DNA from: Iphione sp. A-MEVVRFRX5
Lineage: Eukaryota
Assembly: GCA_976226885.1 (NCBI GenBank)
Contig: OZ320317.1
Coordinates: 78,864,001 to 78,928,000 of the forward strand
Reading direction: 5' to 3'
DNA length: 64,000 nucleotides
Positions 50,801 to 62,049 of this stretch are shown here, in pieces (positions within the stretch are counted from its first letter, which is position 1; each line of letters begins with the position of its first letter). A program made the translations under genes and the position numbers. The notes beneath the pieces are model-generated. The model did not search any database and was not told the DNA's origin. It saw nothing but the letters and a program-made list of their open reading frames with translations.

Positions 50801-53800
50801 TATGAAACACTGCGTATCTTCGGCTTAAATTTCTTACATAGATGTTAGTTGAGTCCAGTTTCACTGTAGAGGTTCTTAATAGCTGCGACATGGCACACCG
50901 TAGCAGGTGTTCTTGTGATAATAAGACTTCCACGGGCACTCAAGGCCAGCCTTTATCCACGAGCGGCGGCTGGTCCGACCTGAAATACTCCTGTCCACAA
51001 GGCCTGAGGCCAGAGGTGATGTGCTCCATCTTGCTCAACCTCGATGAATATTACTCCTGATTTTTCCTGGAGAGTAAAGTTCAGTCAGTGATTTTCGTTA
51101 CTCCCATCCAAGCGGAGCTGATACGTCTACATGTCCTCTTTGGATTTTATTTTTGGAGAATATCAAGGGTGCGACTGTTTTAACTTGTAATAATTCAATT
51201 TAGAGGTTACAATTGAAGTTAGAAATTGGCTTTTTTTCAGCTGCTTTTTAAGACGAAATCCCCTTTTGACCTTTGTTATAGATTGTACTAATGTCATCAA
51301 TTGGCGGTTGCCTAATTCAATGTATGTTTTTGTAGAAGGATTGAAGGTGATATCTATATCTAATGGACGACATGGTTTTGTAGAGATTTGTAGGTGAACT
51401 TCCCAGTTAACATTCGTATTCTACTGATTCTCTATTGATATCCCTGTGGTGATACCTGTATTCCTTGAACGTAGCCCAAATGGAATGCAGCCTCACACGG
51501 CACCGATATATTCAAGGACGATAAGGTTTAACAGGGTTCAGATACATATCACACAATGGTTGGTTGCCAGCAAGGTTCGTTTTACTGAGAAACTTGGATC
51601 GGCATTCGCGCATCTAATCTATGACCATTAGATTTGCGATGGCCATGGCTCGCTTCGTAGAGGTTGAAAATCGCCGCGTGATCAATGGTCATTAGATTTA
51701 CGTTGTGCATGACTTGTTTCAAGCTGTCTACGTTTCCGGTTACCATGCAACATCGTTTTCGTAGCCGTTTTGCGACTACCAAGTGAGGCTAATTTGATTC
51801 AGCGCGGTCCTATGTTTCTTTCTCCTCCATCACCGGATGGGACAAGTCTGGTATTCAGTATGTCACAGAGGAGACACGTAACTCCAAAACAACTTTCTGA
51901 TCTTGTGAGTAAAGTTTTCATTTGGTAAGTATAATGTCCAGTTCTGCGCTTCCTCCTTTTGTAGTGCCTCCCTAACAGAACTCCCTGTATCCTTTGGCTG
52001 ATCAAAGAGCCATGTATGATGAAGCATTGCGGTTTACGTATTTCCTCAGCTGAGTGGTCTACCGGTCCAGTAGACACTGGAAGGGGAGGTTTGCTTCTCT
52101 TTTAATGACTCCCTTCAGGAGTGACTGATTGAGTGAATATACGAAAAAAAGCATTAACCCTGTACCTAGTGATTCAGCATTTACTATTTCAGATCTTTCA
52201 GATCGGGGGAAGGGAACCTCAATTCCTCAAAGGTAATCTGCCGAATGTTCGCTATCGTTACTCGTGTTCCATCTCATCAGCTGGATGACCAGATCAGGCT
52301 GGAAAATCAGGCATCGTTCCTTCTGTAAGGAGGTCCCTTCCAGGATTTCATATCTCAGCCGAATCGTCAAGCAGCTATAGAAACGATTCCGACTATACGG
52401 CGTCAAATTAACCGCTATTTAGCTTCCATGCCTACTGGTATGCTGGTTTCGAGCAGGAAACCCCTAGAATCTGCCTATAAATGGCCCTCTCGATAGGTCC
52501 ACTGCACATGAGGGCTATCATACAGGGTGATTCGCCTCTGAATTGCTCACTCAGTCACGAGAAGCAGCTCAACAAACCTACTTCAGAAAAAGAAATACGA
52601 ATAACATAGCAACTGCATCAACGTACATATTAGTGTCAGGAAACTGTCATTGTATACCACGGACGGTGTATGAATATCCTTTTTGTTTACTGTAGAAAAC
52701 ATCCATTTCTCGTTTCAAACAACCCCATTATTAATGAAATCCATTTGATTTTACACAAAGAATACAGCTATTTTTAATTTAATCATCTCCGTTAAGAGAA
52801 ACGCTCCCAGTGAGCAAGGTAAATCATTCGTTGCCGGGAAACTATACATCTTAGTGTACATCTTATTTCCTAAGATACACATTTAAGAGTTGTTTTTAGC
52901 TAAACTAGACATCGTCCTCTGCAGACGTTCAGTAAGTCGGTAGAAAGGCCGGAGAAGCAAAAAAATAGCTGTTTCAACCTTACTACTTCATGCCAGATGT
53001 ATAACATACTTAGTAGAAGCATGATAAGCGAAACTGTTTTGAAGTGAGTAGACCCTTAGGACTAGACGGTAAAAGGAAAACAGCTATTAGGTATGTGTGG
53101 GGTATAACCGTCACACCCATGCCCGTATTGACCTGTGTACGAGTACGTTAAGTAAGATATATGGGCCCCTCGATTTGTACCTCGTGAGAGTTGAACTCGT
53201 CAAAGACTTCGTCGGAAGCCTTTGCATATTGCAGGCAGCCAGAGTCACTGCGTGAGAGAGACAGTTAAATATTCCACAGGTCTATTTTAGGTGTCCCTTT
53301 GTCATCACAACACCTAGTGAAAGGAACCTTTAGTAGTCTGAGCGTTAGGATTAGAGATATAGACTATTGGATGTGCGACAGTCAGGTTAGTAAAAAGCTT
53401 GCACAGGTATGCCTGTATATCTCACCCTCCGCAGGGAACTATATTATTTCCTTATTTGTATATGTGTGGAGGAGGGTGAGATTTCAATAGGAAGACCTCG
53501 TATTCTGCATATTTTGGAAACGTTCTTTGCTAATGCAACATATTTATTACCGATCCGCCGGTCATAAAACCTAATACATGTAAGATATCACGTGATCCGT
53601 ATGAAGTCCACGAATGGTGACATTGACTATAATTCTTATCTTTTTTTAACTTCATAAAGCAACTGTTCCCTCAACAGTGCGAATATTCAGCAAAGGGAAA
53701 GTGGAAGTCCTAGGGATGATTCAAGAACAACTCCAGAACCAGGACTCGGAATATGTATGCATACCATTGGAAGTGAACGGGATTAAATCGATATTGCTTC

Positions 53801-56083
53801 CTATCTACGTCTTCATGGGAGATCCAAGGCATGATTAGTGGAAGAGTGCATAATACTCTTTACCTAAACGCCATCGACCAAGCTATAAGTCAGCTAACGT
53901 ACCTTTAAATCGCTGTGTGTATGAGTGCAAGCGCCTAGTGGCGAAAGGCTGCACCCAGTGTGCAATACGTCACTCTAAATCCTACACTTATCAATCAATT
54001 GGTTCCGGACCTCCATCAGGGCAGCCGTTGTGGTAAATTTGGAGGGCGAACCTATTAAAACTCATAATGTTCACAAAAGGTTACACATACAATTACAACA
54101 CCGCCGCTCTTATTAATGTCAGAGGGCATGTGATGAAGATAGTGAACAGTGTATTAGAAAAAAATATACACGCCGAGTATACGTAGGACCTATACCGGGT
54201 TAAGGACACAATGCAGTGAGTACCACAGTCCTAAATCCTCTAACATACACCATGTGCCGGTAATCGCGTTCGAGGATTTTGGAAAGGGTTAAGTCCAGCG
54301 TCTGTGTGACGATGCCAAAATTTTAATCTCATTCTGCTTTTCATAGAAACGGCCGGATATTGAATATCAATCTTATTCATGAGAGGGTTAATGTTATAAA
54401 CCGTATCATGCTTATGTAGGGCTCTGCACGCATAACATTATTTCTGGAACGTACAGACTCAATCTTAACCTTATCAACAAAGATCAGCTGCATATGCTCA
54501 AGTAGAGCCAGTCATGTGGCTACTGCAATATCATTTGTACATCCAGCGCTATAGAGACAATGTAACCGTGTTTACTGTAGGACACCGTTAAATAGGGTCT
54601 CCTGTCTGGAGGCTCATATTCTGTTGACTGGAATTCATTATGAAGGAGTCGTGGATCATCCTCGAAGCATACGCTCTCCCATTGAACGAGACGTAGAGGC
54701 ACAACAATTGGATGGACTATGAACGAAAGCAATCAAGGCTAAAGTATGACTTTCAACCTAAGCTTGCAAGTAGGCTCTGTGTGGCAATGACATTGAAAGG
54801 TGTTCATGACCGAACGTACTTGCCACACAAACCCTTAAATTCTGTTAGCAATACAAATAACGTTTCGAATGTATACTTGAACACTTATAATTCTCTCCGG
54901 CGATTATTTTTTTCAACGGAGGAGGCCTGAACATGAGCGTTCGCAAAGCTCGACATTGAAATCGGGATTTGCTTTTACTTACTTTACTGAACGTAGACAA
55001 GTACGTTTTCTAGTGATTCATTTGAGCGTTTAGTAATTCTTTTCACTTCAAATATGTCCGTCATAATTGACGTCCCTAAATTTCCTTAGTAGACGTTTTT
55101 GTTGATTTGGCTAACTCTAGTGATTGTCGCGTGGTCACTAAAGTATCTCTCCTCTTGTCAGCTGTTCTTTTAAATAGTCCTTTATAGTAGTCTCAGTTAA
55201 TCGCACATGGATATATTTCAACACGTCTATATTTCGCAAGACATGTTTTTTGTATGGTTGGTTCATTTACGGTATCGATGAGAGAGGCACGTATTGTATT
55301 TCGGTAATTACGAAACAGGCGACCTCGTTCCCCTAATGAGAAACAGTTCTTGATTAAAGTTAAATTGATACCGTTCGCCGATCGTACGCAAATGGGAACG
55401 TCTCCAGACAATGACACAATGTCTAAAGAGGTCAGCCATAGACAAAGTTTTATCAACTAACGAAGCAGGCAAACTGCGCACATTCCTTTTCAATAACGGA
55501 CTTTCACAAATAGCTTTCTAGGCTATATTATGGTAATATCAGATTTTGAAATATAACCATGGAATATCCCTCTTCCCAGCAGTTTCAAAATCGAGGTTTG
55601 AAGTTCTTTATTTCATTTCACAGAGAGCTGTACAGGACCAATCGACGTCTTCTAGTGAAAAATACAGAAAATATCCCAATATTTTAGTGCAAGAGATAGA
55701 GTGGTAATACAGGAAAAGAAATAGTGTCCCCTCACTTATATAATGAATGTTTAGCATATAATTAATCATAAAACACACAACCCATAAGTTATGAAAGCCA
55801 TACGGAGTGTGAAGGATATGTCTTTACATTGCCTACAACCTACGGCACTACTCTAAACATGGTTTATGAAATGAAGGACTGGAACTCAGATGATGGATCT
55901 TAGGGCCCATCCCCCTTGTTTACTCAGTAAGCCAGGGTCCTTATCCAATCAAAAAATTAAGGATTGAGCACCTCATTTGATTTAACCATTAAACGCTATC
56001 ATCCAACACTTGTTACTTTATATCGTCAATATTAACCAATCAGATTACACATTCCAAACATTGGTACATTGTATCAATCTTTT

Positions 56084-56112
56084 CAAAGTCAAAGTCAAAG
56101 TCAAAGTCAAAG
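56084..56112. repeat. (CAAAGT)n tandem repeat (LINE 3' tail)
   Basis: caaagtcaaagtcaaagtcaaagtcaaag is directly visible. Confidence 0.9.
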
Positions 56113-56980
56113 TTTTATTAATCTTTTCACATCATGTGAGCTTTCCAAGATTAATGAGTGCAGGATACAAACATTTACGTGCCAGAAAAACATACATACA
56201 GACAGGAACATATGCATTGGGACAAACGATACATAGTGAGAGAAAAAGTCATAGTCATATTGAGCGTGGCTCAAATGTAGTCATTCGTCTAAATTGACAT
56301 CATCTGTTACTACAACACGTTCCTTCTTCAATTACGCCAACATCACAGTAATGCTCGTTGTAAGTCAACCAGATCGGATACTGTCAGCCAGTACTTCAGC
56401 TATTCCAGTAGTAGCGCTAGTCTCGCGTATTAGGCACCTAAGAATACGCAGTCACCTGAGACTGTCAGCCATCCGTAAGTCTTAATAAGCCATACTTTAC
56501 CAGATGGGCCACATGTCAAACCTTGGCACAAAATTGATCTTTCGTTGATTTCAACACAAAATGGTTATCCTCAACCTGATGATATGAGGTGCGTATGATC
56601 CCTACTTGTTCACATCTCATGCACCCCATCACCACACTCTCACAGCTCACTGTAGGCCTCCAACCACTCAGTAACAGCCTTACTCACACACCTACACATT
56701 GAATGTTAGGATTTGGGGTATGTAAAAACCCTACTCATTCTGATCTGACGCACACCATCCCCACATTTCCAGCTCAGTGCAGGCCTCACTTCACTCAGTA
56801 ATAACAAGCTCATGCAAACTCACTCCGGATATCCGTCAAGTTATGTCAGCGCAGCGTACTTCCACCCCTCCACCCGGCAGCTAATTGCTGTTAACAGCAA
56901 TCACCCAACCCAATCATCCCTAGCTGATGGGATCGTCTTTATGAGATCCTGACACCTCCTAATCTGAAGGCGTGAGTCTC

Positions 56981-57171
56981 TCATACTCCCGAAGGCAAGC
57001 CGTTCCATTTGCAAACGCCCTTGACCCTCAGCGATCGTGCAGCAGCACCCGATCTCGGCCTAGGCACCCTCCCTTGCAGCGTCCTACCTGTCCTTAATGC
57101 AGTAGTAGGCGCCGCAGGAATCAGACCCAGGTGGACTTGACGATGTATCGCCTTGATGCCTCTCTCCATTA
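56981..57171 (-). CDS. C-terminal segment of the LINE ORF2, separated by the insertion
   Basis: VMERGIKAIHRQ...ARSLRVKGVCKWNGLPSGV contains the WN.LP motif typical of the CR1/L2 ORF2 end. It is in frame with the RT once 57176-57544 and one CTAG are removed. Confidence 0.75.
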
Positions 57172-57175
57172 CTAG

Positions 57176-57544
57176 CCCAATGGAGCCGGATGTATAAAAT
57201 AGTATACACCATGCATGGCCGGGATGTATAAATTCTTATACATCCTGCTACAGACGGCATGTATAAAATCTTATACAAATCTAATGATTTCAGAAAAGGC
57301 TTAATTTGAAGATAAATGTACAAATATTCCTAGGTTTGGGATGGAAAGGGTTAAGAATGTATGGAAATAAGTATTTATTTATGATAAATAATAATTTAAC
57401 CCTTTATTACATTAATTTTGTATTATAAATATACTTGAAGATGTATAGATGCTCACAACACCCCCCGGCCTCAAGGGGAGCTTATGTGAAAATATAGCCC
57501 GGCCTTAGTACCCTCCTCCCTCACCAGGGGCCGGTGTTAAAGGG
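57176..57544. mobile_element. 369-bp non-autonomous insertion with CCC...GGG ends and a CTAG target-site duplication (piggyBac-like)
   Basis: CTAG at 57172-57175 and 57545-57548. Excision gives GAC CTA GTA ATG GAG (D-L-V-M-E). Internal GGATGTATAAA..TATACA repeats at 57186-57275. Confidence 0.7.
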
Positions 57545-58952
57545 CTAGGTCAGCTACTCTTTTGACACCGTAGTGCTCCGTCATCCTTCTGCTCGAGATG
57601 TAGGATCCTACCTGAATGGCCACTCTGAAGCACCTATTCAGGTGTATTTGGAGATCCACTAGTTTCGATGCAGTGCAGCCAAAATAGAGGACTGCGTGAA
57701 AGTTGACGTGGGTGAGTAATAGTGACCTGAAAAGGTGTAGCCTGGCCTTCATCGGAAGCAGTTTCTTAACTCTTCCGAGTTTGATTGCTACACCCCATAG
57801 CACTTTCTTGAGGAGCCTGATGTCCTCATGGAATTTTAACCCCCCGTCCAGCACATAGCCTAGGAGTTTAGTTGTTTTTTCCATCTTCATCTGCTTTCCC
57901 TCTATGTGCAAATCCAATGGAATTGCTGCAGCCCTTCCCAATGGAAGATAGGCGCATTTCTCTGCGCTTAACATCAAGCCTTCAGCAGAACACCAGTTAG
58001 TGACACTGTGTATCACTTCCGAACAGATCCTTCGCAGCTTAAGCAAGTCCCGTGCATGTGCCAGCACGCTCAAATCATCTGCGTACAGGACAGCTTTGCA
58101 TGACTTAGGCAGCCTCTTTACTACGTTGTCCATAACCAGGCTGAAAGCCCCCGGGCCGAAAATTGACCCCTGGGGCACACCCTTGCTTAGGCCCAAAGTG
58201 GATGACTCAACATCGCCACACTTCACAAATTGCCTACGGTCCTCTAGGTAGCTCTTCACCAGGGCCCTCGTTTTGGGTCCTGCGCCCAACTCTATCAACC
58301 TGTTTAGAATGCTGTTTTGCGGGACCAGGTCGAACGCTTTACGCAGATCGAAGGTGATGAGACTTTGGTACATCCCTGCATTGTTGATCTCTACCGCTGC
58401 ATTGATCAGATCAACTATTGCAGTTTCAGTCGACCGACCTGGTCTGAAGCCATGCTGGGACTGGCAGAAAGCTCCACTCGCATCTAGCCACTTCATCAGG
58501 TCCCTCGCGAACCAACTTTCGCAAATCTTCCCTGGAAGAGGGAGTATGGAGACCGGTCTGTAATTACAGATATCATCCTTGTCCCCCTTCTTGAAGATTG
58601 GGGCCACTCGTGCAAGTTTCCATCTTGATGGAAAGCGTCCCGTCTCAAGGGCCTTGTCGAAAACCCATGAGAGAAAGTCCGGCACCTTTAACAGCACTGG
58701 GATCAATATCCTCGATGGGATATCTTTAACCCCAAATGATTTATTGAGACTCTGTTTGACTATCAGCTCTCTCACTCTGATGGGTGAGGGTGCTTGCAGT
58801 TCAAAATTGATACCCCTCGGTATCATAGGCACTGATCCATGAGCACTAACCTTCTTCGACAATCTCTCAACCTCCTCAACGAAGTGGTTGTTAAATGCCT
58901 CTGCCAGTGAGCAAGCTGGTAGCGAATGCACAATAGCAGGATCAGGTAGCAC
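57537..58952 (-). CDS. Non-LTR retrotransposon reverse transcriptase (CR1/L2 type), partial
   Basis: 471-aa ORF with YRPVSILPLPGKICE, QHGFRPGRSTETA, FDLRKAFDLV, GVPQGSIFGP and YADD. The frame extends upstream to about 59003 (KIWSVLNCALG). The stop at 57537 lies inside the insertion. Confidence 0.95.
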   Translation of the reverse strand: MLPDPAIVHSLPACSLAEAFNNHFVEEVERLSKKVSAHGSVPMIPRGINFELQAPSPIRVRELIVKQSLNKSFGVKDIPSRILIPVLLKVPDFLSWVFDKALETGRFPSRWKLARVAPIFKKGDKDDICNYRPVSILPLPGKICESWFARDLMKWLDASGAFCQSQHGFRPGRSTETAIVDLINAAVEINNAGMYQSLITFDLRKAFDLVPQNSILNRLIELGAGPKTRALVKSYLEDRRQFVKCGDVESSTLGLSKGVPQGSIFGPGAFSLVMDNVVKRLPKSCKAVLYADDLSVLAHARDLLKLRRICSEVIHSVTNWCSAEGLMLSAEKCAYLPLGRAAAIPLDLHIEGKQMKMEKTTKLLGYVLDGGLKFHEDIRLLKKVLWGVAIKLGRVKKLLPMKARLHLFRSLLLTHVNFHAVLYFGCTASKLVDLQIHLNRCFRVAIQVGSYISSRRMTEHYGVKRVADLAL

Positions 58953-59333
58953 CTGCTGCTTCTGCGAGCGGCCTAGGGCACAGTTGAGGACACTCCAGAT
59001 CTTTTAGATCACTTTTTGAATGAAATATTCATGACCATATAAGTAACATAGAAGCCATCTATCAGAAAGGCTCAGTAGCAATGGAAATTTCCACTCAAGT
59101 CTAACATGTCCTAATATGGAAAATTCAGTGCGAGTGGAAATTTCCCTTAGCTGCCCAATGCATTGGGCCTTGTTTCTATGAGCTTAAACGGAGTGCAAAT
59201 TGATTTTCAACTGAAGTGAAGTGAAATAACACTACAGTGCGGTGTCCCGATTACAGAAACCCTCTGTTCTTCTTCAGTTCATCTGCTTTTCAGACATGGC
59301 TGGTTTGCAGATCTGTTAGTAGGATGTGACTTG

Positions 59334-59540
59334 CAGGTCAAACCTGGAAATGTTCTGATCAGTAGAAGTCCAAAATGTGCAGAATTTGATGATTAAGAGC
59401 CCTAAAAGGGCAGAATATGATGAGTAAGAGTCAAAAAAATACAGAATTTGGGAGTAAGAGTCCTAAAAGTACTGAATTTGATGAGTAAGTTAAAAAACAG
59501 TGCACAAATTGATGAGTTAGGGTAAACATAGTGCTGATTT
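59334..59540 (+). repeat. 31-bp minisatellite, about 6 copies
   Basis: Consecutive units AGAGCCCTAAAAGGGCAGAATATGATGAGTA / AGAGTCAAAAAAATACAGAATTTGGGAGTA / AGAGTCCTAAAAGTACTGAATTTGATGAGTA. Confidence 0.8.
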
Positions 59541-59901
59541 CAAGGTGTGAGAGACATCAGAGAGGTCGTGGTTGACACCCCCTGTCTCCCCTGACCAATC
59601 TTTCACAGAGGTGTGAGGTACATTAAAGAGGTCGTCATTGATGCCCTCTGGGGATATAGACCACTAATCGGCAGGTTTAGACTGTGAATTGGGGGTTTAT
59701 ACCATGAATAGGTGGAATTAGACTGATTTCAAGGTGTGAATTCACACGAAAACATGTACAGAGGCTTGAAATCCTACCCTTTGAGGGTGTCCGCAGGGAG
59801 ACGCTTTCACTAATTCGATGTCTCCTTATAATGGTTAACTAGAGGAAACATTAAGTTCTTCTTGAAATTGTCCACATTGTAGAAGCACCAGTGTTCATGA
59901 T

Positions 59902-59926
59902 GTGTCCGCAAGGGGATGTCCTACTG
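59902..59926. mobile_element. Isolated Tc1/mariner-pogo-like TIR
   Basis: The reverse complement is CAGTAGGACATCCCCTTGCGGACAC. A related GTGTCCGCAGGGAGAC copy lies at about 59786. Confidence 0.35.
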
Positions 59927-60505
59927 CACATCGCAGTGTGAGACTTTTTTGAAGGAAGTGTTTCAGTCTTCCATGGCATGAAATTTGCAATTAATCATGC
60001 ATTTATCTGCTGGTATGTACTATGAAAGCCAGACCAAAATAACGTTGGAACAATAAAAGATTTGAGGAGCAGTGCTCTGTCCTTAAAGGACAAATACTTG
60101 ATCATTTTGGACAGGTGGTAGACTCTAGGTTTAGCCTTGCTTATCATACCCAATAATGTGCAAAGGCTACAAATTTAAATATAATTATCCTCTTTATCTA
60201 TACTATTATCTAAGATTGATAAGATAAAGAATCTCCTTTCCTACAGTAGCACATTTTATTTGCATTCAGCTTCAGCCTATTTGATATGGGACCAGCCCAA
60301 CTTATCCATTACTCTCCTTGTAACTTAAGCCTAAATGCTGGTATGGTTGAAGCAGCACAAAAATAGTTAAAATCATTAATAGTCATTTAAAGATGAAGCT
60401 TAGGCTTTACTGAAACAAATACCAATATTGTTTTAAATGCTGTGATATGGGTGCCTGATTCAGTCACCTTACATGATATATATGGAATGAATATTACAAG
60501 AACTT

Positions 60506-60618
60506 GAATGGATAAGGTAATATACGAGTTTAATATGCCAGTGTTGTACTGACCAAGCCTGCAGGGCGAGGCCAGTACAACACTGGTATATTGAACCGGT
60601 ATATTGCCTTATCCATTC
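60506..60618. mobile_element. Palindromic hairpin MITE (about 113 bp)
   Basis: The 54-nt arms GAATGGATAAGGTAATATAC...GTACTGACCAAGCC and GGCGAGGCCAGTAC...GTATATTGCCTTATCCATTC match with 8 mismatches by manual count, around a very short loop. Confidence 0.8.
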
Positions 60619-62049
60619 AGTCTGAGGTAGGATTCGATTTATTGGCTGCTCTAATCTGATGAATTGACTTGTATTTCAGGATTTTGAATACTACCATGGT
60701 TATTTTCTCATTTTGTTAATAGACATGTGAATCATGGCAAAATGCCATTATTGTATAGAGCCGTGGGGCGACAAAGGTATTAACTCTAGTTAATTAAATT
60801 TCCAAGTTATTTTGCAAGAAATAAGATGGTGAAATATAAAAGTGATTATATTTGAGAAATTACCCATTACAATTTTCGTCTGAAAAGGACATTCCATGAA
60901 CTTAGTTTCCATTGGTTCGAGCTGATGTTCCCTTATTCGCCACTATGCTGTACAGTGGTTCCCTAATGATCCAGTGCAAAGGATGCAGTACAATGTGTAC
61001 GGTACATATGTGTGTACTGATGTGTTGTTGTTAGGTACGTAGGCATGCACATAAAATGTATATACATGTATATATACACTGTATTTCAAAACAATGTGAA
61101 GAATGCGGTAGAAGACAAATATCATTGATAACGCATACGGCACAATTCTATATAACCGGCTTGACTAACCCGTCCGTGTATCCATTGGTGGTAAAGTAAA
61201 CATCATTCCTTTAATTTTAGACCCTACCTAAAATGTCAGCTTCCTATTCGACATATACCTGCAAATATTTATGTAAGTTCAGGACGCTCGAAAACGAATC
61301 CAGGAAATGGAAGTCAATTGCTTGATGGATGAAACAGTGCCCCCTTCATCAGCATTGGGTGACCATCGACATACAAACATATAGATTAAAAACACACTGT
61401 AGACTACTCCCTTGATTGAAATGTTTGACACCACTGACCCGTTGCTTTGTACGTTACATAGTCCTTACATTTTGGTCAAACTCTACAACAATTATGCTAA
61501 GTGATTTCTAATATTTACCAAGGGATTCCTTCATCGGGCAGGTTCCAATATGAATGTTTTCCTTCAGTGGTGATAATGGTGTGCCGAACCATTTCAAAAC
61601 CATTCACGGTATGACGGCGCAGTAGACCAGAGGCAATATCAGGAAAACTCTCGCTGGTATACTACGCCCCCACAATCAGTTTTCCACCAAATGGCATCAC
61701 TGTCAAAGATTAATATGACTGGAGTGTCCATGCACAGTACTAGAAAAGAGTATCTAGCCGTGCACACAACCGCCCTCTCGGGGATCGTTCAAATAGCACA
61801 TTCATTTCTTTTGTGCTTTACTTTTTTTTTTGTAAAACCGGCTATATATTTCTCTTATATGAATCGATGGAGTAATATGGGATCATCCTTTTAGAAAAAC
61901 GATGTCGCCGTCACTGTAATGTGTTACAGAGTAGCACATAAAATGGCAGGCGGTGTATATATCTAGTGAGGTGTTAAAACAAGCAATAACATTAAGTAGA
62001 ATGAGACAATGATCGCCTCTGACGTGTTGAGTGGGCATTACTAATTCAT

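Larger units (their letters stand above)
56084..58998 (-). mobile_element. 5'-truncated CR1/L2-clade LINE with a long 3' UTR and an (ACTTTG)n tail
   Basis: RT ORF 57537-58952, C-terminal segment 56981-57171, and AATAAA followed by (ACTTTG)n at 56119-56084 on the minus strand. Identical ATCTTTT lies at 56077-56083 and 58999-59005 (candidate TSD). No endonuclease domain is retained. Confidence 0.85.

Noticed and set aside
58000-58842. Plus-strand ORFs overlapping the RT
   Set aside because: Antisense shadows of the LINE ORF.
59334-59540. About 31-bp repeats as a CRISPR array
   Set aside because: The units are head-to-tail and degenerate with no unique spacers, there are no cas genes, and the context is eukaryotic.
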